A stretch of 30,505 nt of DNA, taken from NCBI GenBank assembly GCA_039768345.1, contig JBDNAQ010000151.1:1-30505 (forward strand), given 5' to 3'. Positions 17,774-27,061 of the stretch are shown here, piece by piece. The position numbers and the translations under genes were made by a program. The notes under the pieces were generated by a model. It did not search any database, was not told where the DNA came from, and saw only the letters and a list, made by a program, of their open reading frames with translations. Each line of letters starts with the position of its first letter. Position 1 is the stretch's first letter. This DNA is from Flavobacteriaceae bacterium (GTDB lineage Bacteria > Bacteroidota > Bacteroidia > Flavobacteriales > Flavobacteriaceae).

Positions 17774-18805
17774 ATGGATCCACAACCTAATAATTCGCCC
17801 GACGATCAGGAATTGTTCGAGCATCATCGATTTGAAGCAGCGAAAGGACAGGAACCTCTCCGCGTAGATAAATTTCTGATGAATTTTATTGAAAATGCTA
17901 CCCGAAACAAAATTCAACAGGCGGCCAGGCAGGGGTGTATTTGGGTGAATGATAAAAAGGTTAAACAGAATTACAAAGTAAAAGCAGGCGACGAAGTAAA
18001 GGTCTTATTCGAACATCCTCCCTATGAATTTCTGCTTACTCCTGAAAATATCCCGCTCGATATAGTATATGAAGACGAGTTACTTTTGGTAGTGAACAAA
18101 CCGGCAGGGATGGTGGTTCATCCGGGTCATGGCAACTATTCGGGCACCCTGCTTAACGCTCTGGCCGCGCATCTGGAGCACTTGCCATTGAATTCTAACC
18201 AACGCCCGGGCCTGGTACATCGGATAGATAAAGATACATCGGGATTGCTGGTGATCGCCAAAACGGAATTAGCGATGTCTCACCTCGCAAGGCAGTTTTT
18301 TGAAAAGACCAGTGAACGGGAATATATCGCTTTGGTCTGGGGCGATGTGGAGGAAGATGAAGGAACTGTTAGTGGTCATATTGGCCGACATCCCAAAAAC
18401 AGGTTACAGATGCACGTTTTTCCCGATGCATCGTATGGGAAAGAAGCTGTGACACACTATAAAGTTCTGGAACGTTTTGGTTACGTAACCATGATTTCCT
18501 GCAGACTCGAGACCGGAAGAACCCATCAAATCAGGGTGCATATGAAATATCTGGGGCATACACTTTTTAACGACGCTCGCTATGGGGGCGACAAGATTCT
18601 CAAGGGAACACATTTTACCAAATACAAGCAGTTCGTAGACAATGCTTTTAAGCTGTTACCCAGACAGGGACTTCATGCGAAGATACTTGGCTTTGTACAT
18701 CCTGAAACCGGAAAGGCCATGAGATTTACCTCCGAACTCCCCGAAGATATGAAGGCCTGCATCGAAAAATGGAGATTGTATTCCAGCCAGGGAGGAGTAT
18801 CATAA
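17774..18805 (+). CDS. RluA-family (RluD-like) pseudouridine synthase with S4 domain
   Basis: LRVDKFL S4 domain, VNKPAGMVVHP, catalytic HRIDKDTSGLL, LETGRTHQIRVH. Confidence 0.95.
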   Translation: MDPQPNNSPDDQELFEHHRFEAAKGQEPLRVDKFLMNFIENATRNKIQQAARQGCIWVNDKKVKQNYKVKAGDEVKVLFEHPPYEFLLTPENIPLDIVYEDELLLVVNKPAGMVVHPGHGNYSGTLLNALAAHLEHLPLNSNQRPGLVHRIDKDTSGLLVIAKTELAMSHLARQFFEKTSEREYIALVWGDVEEDEGTVSGHIGRHPKNRLQMHVFPDASYGKEAVTHYKVLERFGYVTMISCRLETGRTHQIRVHMKYLGHTLFNDARYGGDKILKGTHFTKYKQFVDNAFKLLPRQGLHAKILGFVHPETGKAMRFTSELPEDMKACIEKWRLYSSQGGVS

Positions 18806-18895
18806 ATTCTCTCGATAGATCTATTGAAAACTCTTTTATCCGGTGCAGCTTAAAACTGGAATTTCCTCGTTAATTTTACAGTAAATCATACAGAG

Positions 18896-19657
18896 ATGAA
18901 AATAGTGATATCTCCGGCTAAGTCATTGGATTTTGAATCGGCTTTACCCACACAACTTTATACCGATGCGGCATTTCTAACGGAAGCTTCAAAACTCAAT
19001 CAGTTGTTGAGAAAGAAAAAACCAAGAGCGCTTTCCAGGCTCATGGACATTTCACAAAATCTTGGGGAACTCAATTGGGAACGAAACCAACAATTTCATC
19101 TTCCCTTCTCTCCAAACAATGCACGCCCTGCGGTCTATGCTTTTAGCGGAGATGTTTACCTTGGCCTGGATGCGTATTCAATGGAGGAAAACAAAATAGA
19201 ACGACTGCAGGATACTTTGAGAATATTGTCTGGTCTTTACGGAATCCTTAAACCTCTCGACCTGATTCAGCCCTATCGTCTGGAAATGGGTACGGCATTA
19301 AGGGTGGGAAGAAAAAAGAATTTATACGAGTTCTGGAAGAAAAAGCTCACCGATCATATGAATCAAGAATTGGAAGACAGTGAGTTATTTATCAATCTGG
19401 CCAGCGATGAGTATTTCAAGGCCCTGGATCCAAAAAAACTAAAAGTACCTGTTATTACGCCCATATTTAAAGACTGGAAGAACGACAAACTAAAGGTGAT
19501 CAGTTTTTTTGCCAAGAAAGCCCGTGGTGCCATGGTGCGTTATATTATTGATAGCGATGCCCAGACGCTTGAAGAAATAAAGGGATTCGACCGGGAGGAA
19601 TATATCTATAGCAAGGAGCACACCCTGAGAGAAGATCAACCTGTCTTCGTTCGATAG
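18896..19657 (+). CDS. yaaA: Peroxide stress protein YaaA
   Basis: ISPAKSLDF, ILSGLYGILKPLDLIQPYRLEMGT, INLASDEYFK, ISFFAKKARG. Confidence 0.95.
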   Translation: MKIVISPAKSLDFESALPTQLYTDAAFLTEASKLNQLLRKKKPRALSRLMDISQNLGELNWERNQQFHLPFSPNNARPAVYAFSGDVYLGLDAYSMEENKIERLQDTLRILSGLYGILKPLDLIQPYRLEMGTALRVGRKKNLYEFWKKKLTDHMNQELEDSELFINLASDEYFKALDPKKLKVPVITPIFKDWKNDKLKVISFFAKKARGAMVRYIIDSDAQTLEEIKGFDREEYIYSKEHTLREDQPVFVR

Positions 19658-19712
19658 AATATTTTAAGTGCAGCAGCGTTAGAGGTTATATAAGCTCTAA
19701 ACCAGATCTCCA

Positions 19713-20075
19713 ATGGCCAAGTATTTTCTATTGACTCTATGCCTTCTTGTTACCATCGGCTGCACAGACCGGGATGATGACCTGAAATCTGTAAATATCA
19801 GGGTGCACAATGTTAGTGATATCACCTTCGATATAGTACGTGTAGGTGGGGAGGAGAAGATCCACGAAAATGTAGCCCCCGATTCCTATACTTCATATCT
19901 TGAATACGAAGAAGCTTATAGGTACGCCTCCATTCAAATAGAAGCAGGTACAGAATTCTATGGTCTCCTACCTTTTGATTTTGTCGGTGAAACACCGTTG
20001 CCCATTGGCCTCTATACCTATGAACTCGATATAAATGAGGAGGGTGAAGTATTGTTGAACTTCGTGGTGGACTAA
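19713..20075 (+). CDS. Hypothetical lipoprotein
   Basis: Lipobox VTIG-C followed by acidic TDRDDD. Beta-rich body. Confidence 0.75.
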   Translation: MAKYFLLTLCLLVTIGCTDRDDDLKSVNIRVHNVSDITFDIVRVGGEEKIHENVAPDSYTSYLEYEEAYRYASIQIEAGTEFYGLLPFDFVGETPLPIGLYTYELDINEEGEVLLNFVVD

Positions 20076-20216
20076 ATTTCCGTTATTTCTTCTTTTTTGA
20101 GCTGGTGGAAACTTTGCTTTTGTTTTTACGACGTCTTCTGACACCATAGGATTTGTTGCTGATCTTACCTCTCTTTGTCTTAATATCTCCTTTACCCATC
20201 GGTCTTCATATTTCAT
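19968..20216 (-). CDS. Candidate small basic protein (overlaps the lipoprotein gene 3' end by 108 nt)
   Basis: ATG 20216, K/R/E-rich N-terminal half lying in an otherwise empty intergenic gap, TAAATTTG element upstream. Confidence 0.35.
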   Translation of the reverse strand: MKYEDRWVKEILRQREVRSATNPMVSEDVVKTKAKFPPAQKRRNNGNLVHHEVQQYFTLLIYIEFIGIEANGQRCFTDKIKR

Positions 20217-20244
20217 TAAATATAATCCAACTGGATTAATTTGT

Positions 20245-20252
20245 CAAATTTA
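20245..20252 (-). promoter_or_regulatory. -7 element TAAATTTG pointing at the small ORF
   Basis: Exact TAnnTTTG, 28 nt upstream of ATG 20216. Confidence 0.45.
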
Positions 20253-20350
20253 TAGCTATTCGTGCTCACCGATTAGGCTCAACTTTCGGATATTTGGAAA
20301 TAATATGATAATTACTGATCAAATCCAGCTTTAGTATTCCAAATATCTTT

Positions 20351-21061
20351 TTGCATAAACATCCATATAAACCCTTCTTATTTCCAGAGGCTACCAGGCT
20401 TATTGTCGGCACACTACCACCACCGAGATTTACCACTGGTGATCTAAAAGAAGGAGATGTCGATTTCTGTTATGGGAGTCGGGATGGCCAGCTTTGGCGC
20501 ATACTGGATCGGATATTTTATCTTAATCTGGCCTATGAAACCACAGATCGGGCCGTAACCCAACGAAAGGAATTCCTAAAAAAACGCAGGATAGGTATCT
20601 GTGATATTGTAGCCATGGCCGAGCGCGAAAAAGTAGATGCTTCAGATCTTGGTATGAAGAATGTTCAGCTCCGCGACCTTGTTCGGATCCTCTATGATTA
20701 TCCCCGGATAGACACCTTAATTTTTACCGGAGGTAACAGCAAGAACGGTCCGGAGTATTTTTTCCGGAGGCATCTGAGGGAATACGGACTCGAGCTGGTA
20801 CCGCTGCAGACAGAAGCCCCCAGGGTGCACACAGTAATGCTTCCATTGGCTTATCCGCACAGGATTTCGGCCCTGCGGTCTTATGCTCAGGCGCAGCATC
20901 GCCAGGATGCGCGTATCGTGAAAACGGTATCGCTCACCGCACCTTCGGGTTCAGCCAATCGTGCCATTGGTAGTATGAAGCAGTATCAATTTATAAAGGA
21001 TAAGAATCCGGATTACACCACATTCGATTTCAGGGTAGAACAGTATAAGCCCTTTTTTTAA
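20351..21061 (+). CDS. Uracil-DNA glycosylase superfamily protein (MUG/HDG-like), TTG start
   Basis: HPYKPF, LIVGTLPP, FCYGSRDGQLWRIL, GICDIV, IFTGG, LTAPSGSAN. Confidence 0.8.
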   Translation: MHKHPYKPFLFPEATRLIVGTLPPPRFTTGDLKEGDVDFCYGSRDGQLWRILDRIFYLNLAYETTDRAVTQRKEFLKKRRIGICDIVAMAEREKVDASDLGMKNVQLRDLVRILYDYPRIDTLIFTGGNSKNGPEYFFRRHLREYGLELVPLQTEAPRVHTVMLPLAYPHRISALRSYAQAQHRQDARIVKTVSLTAPSGSANRAIGSMKQYQFIKDKNPDYTTFDFRVEQYKPFF

Positions 21062-21102
21062 GGAAAAGACTTCCAGGTTCCTAACAAGGTCAATAATCTT
21101 TT

Positions 21103-22602
21103 CTATTCAGGCAGTGGTGTGCTCAGCAAAGCATACATCGCTTTTATGCCATATGCGAGTTGCCCTATTTTTAAATTCTCGTTAGGACTGTGCTGGTTAT
21201 TATCCGGGTTGACCATCGGGACCAGAAGTGCCGGAATTTTTAATTCATTCACAAAAGATGCTATAGGTACCGTGCCACCAGCAATCCGGATTTTTACAAC
21301 CTCCTCGTCGAAGGCAGAATGCAGAACATCGGCGACAAAATTCCCGTAAGGATTGGTGAGCGGTGTTCTGAAGGCATCCGTAACACCTCTTTCAGTGATT
21401 TTTACAATTTTGTCGTGCTGCATCCTCAATTCTTTGGATGGATCGGTATCGGTGATATAAAATCCTTCATTTCGGATATGATCCTTTACGAGCTCTTTTA
21501 GACGCTTACCATCTGTTTCGGGGACCAGCCTGAGGTCTATTTCTGCGGTGGCGGAGGCAGGTACAATGGTCCGAGCCTTGTCGCCTATCCATGCCGATCC
21601 CATACCTCTCACGTTTAATGACGGATATTGGATAGATTCCTGATAGTTCGAACCTACTTTCTCGGGTGTTTTGATAACCAGGTGAGCATTGATGGCTTTC
21701 GCATCATCGGGAACACTATTTAAAATATTAGCGGTGGCATCATCGATGTTGATACCATCGTAATAACCTTTGATCAAAACCCTTCCTTCCCGATCCTTCA
21801 TACTCGCAAGAAGGTGGGCGAGCTGAAAACCCGGATTAGGGGCATAGTTGCCATAATGTCCGCTATGTTGAGGTTTATATGGTCCATAGGTGGTGATAGA
21901 CATGGTGGTATTACCCCTGCAGCCATAAACGATGGTCGGTTTAGCTGATGAGTGTACCGGGCCATCAGCGATCAGCAGGAAGTCTGCTTCGAGCAATTCA
22001 CGGTATTGCTTAACCGCTTCGGGTAATGGCTTGCTGCCTTTTTCTTCCTCACCATCGAGGATCACTTTTATATTAAAAGGAATATTTACCTTATTTTTCT
22101 TCAACAAGTCTAAAGCATTCAAAAACATTACAATAGGGCCCTTGTCATCGGATGTTGAGCGACCGAATAAGCGCCAGTTGTAGTCGATATCCTCAGAGAG
22201 GTCGTTAAAGGAATGAACTTTCCAGTCGTCACCTTCCCGGGATTTCAACACCACCTCATAGGGATCAGATTGATCCCAGCGCGAAGGATCTACCGACTGA
22301 CCATCAAAATGCATATAAAACAGCACCGTGGGCTTTTGGTCTTCCATCGGCAAGGCGGCAAAAAATAATGGTTTTCCCTCCGTGGGCAAAACAGAAGTAT
22401 TAAATCCCCTATTGCTGAATTTCTGAGTCAGCCAACTTAAGTTTCGATTGATATCAGCACTTTCAAGGGCATCATTTGGGATCGCTACAAATTCTCGCAA
22501 TTCATCGATTGAATGTCGAACCTGTGATTTCAATTGAGCAGCATCCTGCGCAAGGCCCGATATCGCCATCCCAATAAGTAGAAAAACAAGGTGTTTCCGC
22601 AT
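21103..22602 (-). CDS. Exported M20/M25/M40 metallopeptidase
   Basis: Signal peptide ending GLA|Q. Motifs YMHFDGQ, GRSTSDDKG, DGEEE, HSGHYGN, NNQHSPNEN. Confidence 0.92.
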   Translation of the reverse strand: MRKHLVFLLIGMAISGLAQDAAQLKSQVRHSIDELREFVAIPNDALESADINRNLSWLTQKFSNRGFNTSVLPTEGKPLFFAALPMEDQKPTVLFYMHFDGQSVDPSRWDQSDPYEVVLKSREGDDWKVHSFNDLSEDIDYNWRLFGRSTSDDKGPIVMFLNALDLLKKNKVNIPFNIKVILDGEEEKGSKPLPEAVKQYRELLEADFLLIADGPVHSSAKPTIVYGCRGNTTMSITTYGPYKPQHSGHYGNYAPNPGFQLAHLLASMKDREGRVLIKGYYDGINIDDATANILNSVPDDAKAINAHLVIKTPEKVGSNYQESIQYPSLNVRGMGSAWIGDKARTIVPASATAEIDLRLVPETDGKRLKELVKDHIRNEGFYITDTDPSKELRMQHDKIVKITERGVTDAFRTPLTNPYGNFVADVLHSAFDEEVVKIRIAGGTVPIASFVNELKIPALLVPMVNPDNNQHSPNENLKIGQLAYGIKAMYALLSTPLPE

Positions 22603-22632
22603 TATGAAAGTATTTTCTTAGAGCCTCTAAAT

Positions 22633-23394
22633 CTAGCGAATTCTTTTAATAAATTCGGAGATATTCATCACCCCTTTTTCTGTAAGATGTTTGATGAATG
22701 CAGAACCTATAATCGCGCCGCTTGAATTAGTTGTCGCCTGCTTAAAAGTCTCTGCATTGCTGATACCGAAACCTACGATAAGTGGATTTCTGAGTTCCAT
22801 GCTGGCAATCCTTTGAAAATATGAAGTCTGCTCTTTGCCAAACCCGGATTTGGCTCCGGTGGTACTGGCAGAACTCACCATATAAATAAAGCCTTCGGAG
22901 GCATCATCGATTTCCCGAATTCTCTCCTCACTGGTTTGAGGTGTGATAAGAAAAATTTTCAGCAACCCAAAGCGATCAAATATTTTTTTATACTCCTTCA
23001 GGTAGACATCCAGGGGCAGGTCGGGCAGTATTAATCCATCTATACCTGCATCGGCACATTTGGCGCAAAATTCCTCTACACCATATTGCAAGACCGGATT
23101 AAAATATCCCATGATAATAAGTGGAATATCCACTTTAGTGCGAATGTTCTTTAGTTGATCGAAAAGCAGTTCGCTATTCATACCATTATTAAGTGCTGCC
23201 GTGGAGCTTGCCTGTATAGTGGGGCCATCTGCCAGGGGATCGCTGAAGGGCAGGCCAATCTCGATCATGTCCACTCCATTTTCGGCAAGAGTGGTGATAA
23301 TTTTTTCTGTATCGTTCAAAGCTGGGTAACCGGCCGTGAAATAGATCGAAAGGATCTTTTCTTCCTGTCTTAATTTATCTGTTATTCGATTCAT
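22633..23394 (-). CDS. trpA: Tryptophan synthase alpha chain
   Basis: ATG 23394 (the track start 23412 is a TTG). YFTAGYP, EIGLPFSDPLADGPTIQ, VGFGIS, GAIIGSA. Confidence 0.97.
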   Translation of the reverse strand: MNRITDKLRQEEKILSIYFTAGYPALNDTEKIITTLAENGVDMIEIGLPFSDPLADGPTIQASSTAALNNGMNSELLFDQLKNIRTKVDIPLIIMGYFNPVLQYGVEEFCAKCADAGIDGLILPDLPLDVYLKEYKKIFDRFGLLKIFLITPQTSEERIREIDDASEGFIYMVSSASTTGAKSGFGKEQTSYFQRIASMELRNPLIVGFGISNAETFKQATTNSSGAIIGSAFIKHLTEKGVMNISEFIKRIR

Positions 23395-23420
23395 GGTCTT
23401 ATGTTGGATCAAATAAATAA

Positions 23421-24605
23421 TTATAGATCGAAATAGTTTATATAGGTCTCAAGGTCTTTGTCTCCACGACCGGAGAGATTGATGACCAATATATCGTCTG
23501 GTTTGAATTCCCTGTGATTAAAAATTGCAAAGGCATGAGAAGTTTCGATAGCGGGAATAATACCTTCCAGCTGGCATACTCTGAGACCGGCTTCCATAGC
23601 TTCCTTATCGGTGATAGAAATGAAATCACCTCTTCCAGATTGGTAGAGATGTGCATGCATGGGCCCCACCCCCGGATAGTCCAGACCTGCTGAGATGGAA
23701 TAGGGTTCGGTTATCTGTCCGTCGGCGGACTGCATCAACAAAGTCTTGGAGCCGTGGATAATCCCGACTTTCCCCAATGCCGAAGTGGCAGCACTTTCGC
23801 CTGTATCAATTCCTTTTCCCGCTGCTTCCACGGCAATGATGCCCACCTCTGGATTCTCCAGGTAATGGTAATACGCACCTGCAGCATTGCTACCACCACC
23901 CACGCAAGCGATGACAAAGTCCGGATTTGCCGTACCTTCTTTTTCCAGTAACTGAGATTGGATCTCCTCTGAGATCACCGATTGAAATCGGGCTACCATA
24001 TCCGGGTAGGGATGCGGACCAACCACGGAACCGATAATATAATGGGTATCAACCGGATTGTTGATCCAGTCGCGAATGGCCTCGTTTGTAGCATCTTTCA
24101 GTGTCCGGCTTCCCGAAAGGGCCGGTCTTACCTCTGCACCGAGCATTTTCATCCGGGCGACATTAGGCGCCTGCCGGCTAATATCGACTTCCCCCATATA
24201 AACCACGCACTGAATTCCCATCAGGGCGCATACTGTTGCTGTGGCCACACCATGTTGTCCGGCTCCCGTTTCGGCGATGATTCGATTCTTTCCCAACCGT
24301 TTCGCCAACAGGATCTGTCCTATGGTATTATTGACTTTATGTGCGCCGGTATGACATAGATCTTCGCGCTTAAGATAGATTCTGGTATTGTGTTCTGCCG
24401 AGAGATTCTTGGCGAAGTAGAGCGGCGTTGGTCGCCCTACGTAGTCTTTCAGGAGCTGGTTAAATTCAAATTTGAAAGAAGGCTCCTCCATGATTTTGAG
24501 GTAGTTTTGCCTTAGTTCTTCTGTATTTGGGTAGAGCATTTCCGGGATATATGCCCCGCCAAAAATGCCGTAATATCCATTTTCATCTACGTGATAGCTC
24601 TTCAT
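23421..24605 (-). CDS. trpB: Tryptophan synthase beta chain
   Basis: LKREDLCHTGAHKVNN (PLP Lys), AETGAGQHG, GGGSNA, LSGRGDKD. Confidence 0.98.
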   Translation of the reverse strand: MKSYHVDENGYYGIFGGAYIPEMLYPNTEELRQNYLKIMEEPSFKFEFNQLLKDYVGRPTPLYFAKNLSAEHNTRIYLKREDLCHTGAHKVNNTIGQILLAKRLGKNRIIAETGAGQHGVATATVCALMGIQCVVYMGEVDISRQAPNVARMKMLGAEVRPALSGSRTLKDATNEAIRDWINNPVDTHYIIGSVVGPHPYPDMVARFQSVISEEIQSQLLEKEGTANPDFVIACVGGGSNAAGAYYHYLENPEVGIIAVEAAGKGIDTGESAATSALGKVGIIHGSKTLLMQSADGQITEPYSISAGLDYPGVGPMHAHLYQSGRGDFISITDKEAMEAGLRVCQLEGIIPAIETSHAFAIFNHREFKPDDILVINLSGRGDKDLETYINYFDL

Positions 24606-24608
24606 AAT

Positions 24609-25259
24609 TCATTCTTTTTCAGGTATATAACCTATTTTTTCCATAAATGATTCCAGGGCCTCTATGTTTTTCAGGCCAGGTTCTGTTTCAAAGCCACTAT
24701 TTACGTCAATAGCATAGCAGTATTCAGCTTCCGGTCGTGTCTGAAAAGATTTTATCGCATCTGCATCCGCTGGTCCGATGCCCCCGCTGAGAAAATAAGG
24801 TTTGTTCAATTTATAATTGCTCAAAAGCCGCCAGTCGAACTGTTCTCCGGTACCTCCAGGCAAATCAGCACGGGTATCGAACAGGAAAAAATCACATGTG
24901 GCTTCATATTTGTTTAGCATATCAAAGTCAAAATCCTTGTCTATCGCAAACGCCTTAATCAAATCAATACCGGTCGAGTGCTGTGTGCGAATAAGCTCCC
25001 TGAGATCATTACAATAGCCTGGATCCTCAGAGCCGTGAAGTTGTATGGCATCCAGTTTGTGCTCGTATACTTGAAGTACGATGTCCTCCGGGGCAGCATC
25101 AACGAAAACACCAACCCGATCAGGCCCGGTCAGATTATCAGAAATAGCTCTGTCGAAATAGCGTTTTGAAGGTTCCCAGAAAATAAATCCCAGGTAGTCG
25201 GGACGAAGTTCCGATACTTCATCCGGGTTATATTTCATTCCACAGACTTTCAGTTTCAT
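24609..25259 (-). CDS. trpF: Phosphoribosylanthranilate isomerase
   Basis: KVCGM, VGVFV, IQLHGSE, FLFDT...GGTGEQFDW, LSGGI, IDVNSGFETEPGLK. Confidence 0.95.
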   Translation of the reverse strand: MKLKVCGMKYNPDEVSELRPDYLGFIFWEPSKRYFDRAISDNLTGPDRVGVFVDAAPEDIVLQVYEHKLDAIQLHGSEDPGYCNDLRELIRTQHSTGIDLIKAFAIDKDFDFDMLNKYEATCDFFLFDTRADLPGGTGEQFDWRLLSNYKLNKPYFLSGGIGPADADAIKSFQTRPEAEYCYAIDVNSGFETEPGLKNIEALESFMEKIGYIPEKE

Positions 25260-26041
25260 CGCTCCAGTTTTTGAATATAAGCCTTCGCAGATTTTCCCGG
25301 ATCATCAGATCTCATAAACTGTTCGCCTATAAGGAAACCACGATAGCCGTATGCTCGCAGTTCTTTGATTGTCTCTATGCTATCGATACCGCTTTCCGAA
25401 ATTTTCAAAAATCGATCGGGAATCCTATCTGCCAGCGCTAAACTATTCTCTACAGAAACCTCGAAAGTTTTCAGATTACGATTGTTTACTCCTATCATAT
25501 CGATTTCAGGAAAAAGACATCTTTCGAGTTCTTCCATATGATGAACCTCTAACAGCACTTCAAGGCCGAGATCAGTCGCCAGCATCGCTAAGGCGCGAAT
25601 CTGCTCTGAGCTCAGAATTGATGCGATCAGTAGGATAACATCTGCGCCATGGGCCCTGGCTTCAATCAGCTGATATTCATCGATGATAAACTCCTTTCTG
25701 AGGAGGGGACATGTTGAACTGGCCCTGGCCAGGAGAAGGTCGTCGAGAGAACCGCCAAAAAACTGTCCGTCTGTCAGCACCGAAATCCCACTCACTCCGG
25801 CCGCTGTATACCCCTTAATGACTTCTTCGACACTCAGAGAACTATTTATTGTCGCTTTAGATGGTGAACGGCGTTTATGCTCTGAGATAATACCCGAATT
25901 GCTTTGAGACAACCTATTTACCAACGAGATAGTCTCCCGTTGCATCAACTGGCTTTTTTCGAGTTGTTTTACCGGGATCAGCGACTTTTTCAAATCCACT
26001 TCCCGGCGTTTGGCCACCACTATTTTATCGAGTATATGCAT
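25256..26041 (-). CDS. trpC: Indole-3-glycerol phosphate synthase
   Basis: ISEHKRRSPSK, SVLTD, LLRKEFIID, IGVNNRNL, ISESGI. Confidence 0.97.
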   Translation of the reverse strand: MHILDKIVVAKRREVDLKKSLIPVKQLEKSQLMQRETISLVNRLSQSNSGIISEHKRRSPSKATINSSLSVEEVIKGYTAAGVSGISVLTDGQFFGGSLDDLLLARASSTCPLLRKEFIIDEYQLIEARAHGADVILLIASILSSEQIRALAMLATDLGLEVLLEVHHMEELERCLFPEIDMIGVNNRNLKTFEVSVENSLALADRIPDRFLKISESGIDSIETIKELRAYGYRGFLIGEQFMRSDDPGKSAKAYIQKLER

Positions 26042-26044
26042 CTG

Positions 26045-27040
26045 CTAGTTTGCGCTTATTTTTTGAAGTGTCTGCAGCGCTTTAAGCGCTTTCTTCTCGA
26101 ACAGCGAATTTTGGGCGAGTTCGAACCCCTCCTTGGCCGAGAGATTTTTTGCTGTTGCTATTGCCATCCCCGCATTGGCACATACAACGTTATTCTGTGC
26201 TTCACTTCCGTTGCCCTCCAGTATTGCCATAAAAATATTGGCAGACTGCTCAATATCTACTCCTCCGGCAATTTGCTCAGGGCGTACAGGTGCAACACCA
26301 AAATCTTCGGGTTGTAACATGGTCTCAGATAGATTTGAGATGGTCTTTGTTGGTCCGGTAAGTGAGATTTCGTCATAGCCATCCAGGGCGTGTAAAACCG
26401 TATATTTCTTTTCGGTATTCTGATAGAGATAGCTATACATCCGTGCGAGTTCTAAATTAAATACTCCCACCATCTGAAATTTTGGAAATGCCGGATTTAC
26501 CATCGGCCCGAGCATATTGAAAAAGGTCTTTACAGCCAGATCCTTTCTGATCGGGGCAACAGTTTTCATAGCAGGATGGAAAAGAGGCGCATGTAGGATG
26601 CATATCCCGGTTTCATCGATCGATCTTTTTAGAAAATCAGGATCGTTGCTGAACCTTATACCAAGAAATTCCAGAACATTGCTGCTGCCACAGGTCGATG
26701 AAACTCCGTAGTTACCGTGTTTAGTGACGGGTATCCCGGCTCCGGCGGTGATAAATGAAGCAAGGGTAGAAATATTAAAGGTGTCTTTCCCATCGCCTCC
26801 TGTTCCGCAAAGGTCTATGGGCTCATAACCGGAGAGATCAACGGAGAGGCACAGTTCGAGCAGGGCATCACGGAATCCTTCTAGTTCTTCGATCGCAATA
26901 CTTCGCATCATATATACGGTCAGGAAAGCTGCAATCTGACTGGGGTTATAGGTCCCTTTGGCGATGTTGACCAATACCTGACGGGCGTCTTCTTTCGAGA
27001 GTACGTCGTGGTTTATCAAGCGATTCAATATATTTTTCAT
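26045..27040 (-). CDS. trpD: Anthranilate phosphoribosyltransferase
   Basis: DLCGTGGDGKDTFNIST, KHGNYGVSSTCGSSNVLE, FFNMLGPMVNP, GYDEIS. Confidence 0.97.
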   Translation of the reverse strand: MKNILNRLINHDVLSKEDARQVLVNIAKGTYNPSQIAAFLTVYMMRSIAIEELEGFRDALLELCLSVDLSGYEPIDLCGTGGDGKDTFNISTLASFITAGAGIPVTKHGNYGVSSTCGSSNVLEFLGIRFSNDPDFLKRSIDETGICILHAPLFHPAMKTVAPIRKDLAVKTFFNMLGPMVNPAFPKFQMVGVFNLELARMYSYLYQNTEKKYTVLHALDGYDEISLTGPTKTISNLSETMLQPEDFGVAPVRPEQIAGGVDIEQSANIFMAILEGNGSEAQNNVVCANAGMAIATAKNLSAKEGFELAQNSLFEKKALKALQTLQKISAN

Positions 27041-27061
27041 CTGTTTCTGCTTCTGGTATTT

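Noticed and set aside
18815-18827. ATAGATCTAT palindrome, and TCTATTGA shared with 1141-1148
   Set aside because: Short and AT-rich with only two instances; not distinguishable from chance.
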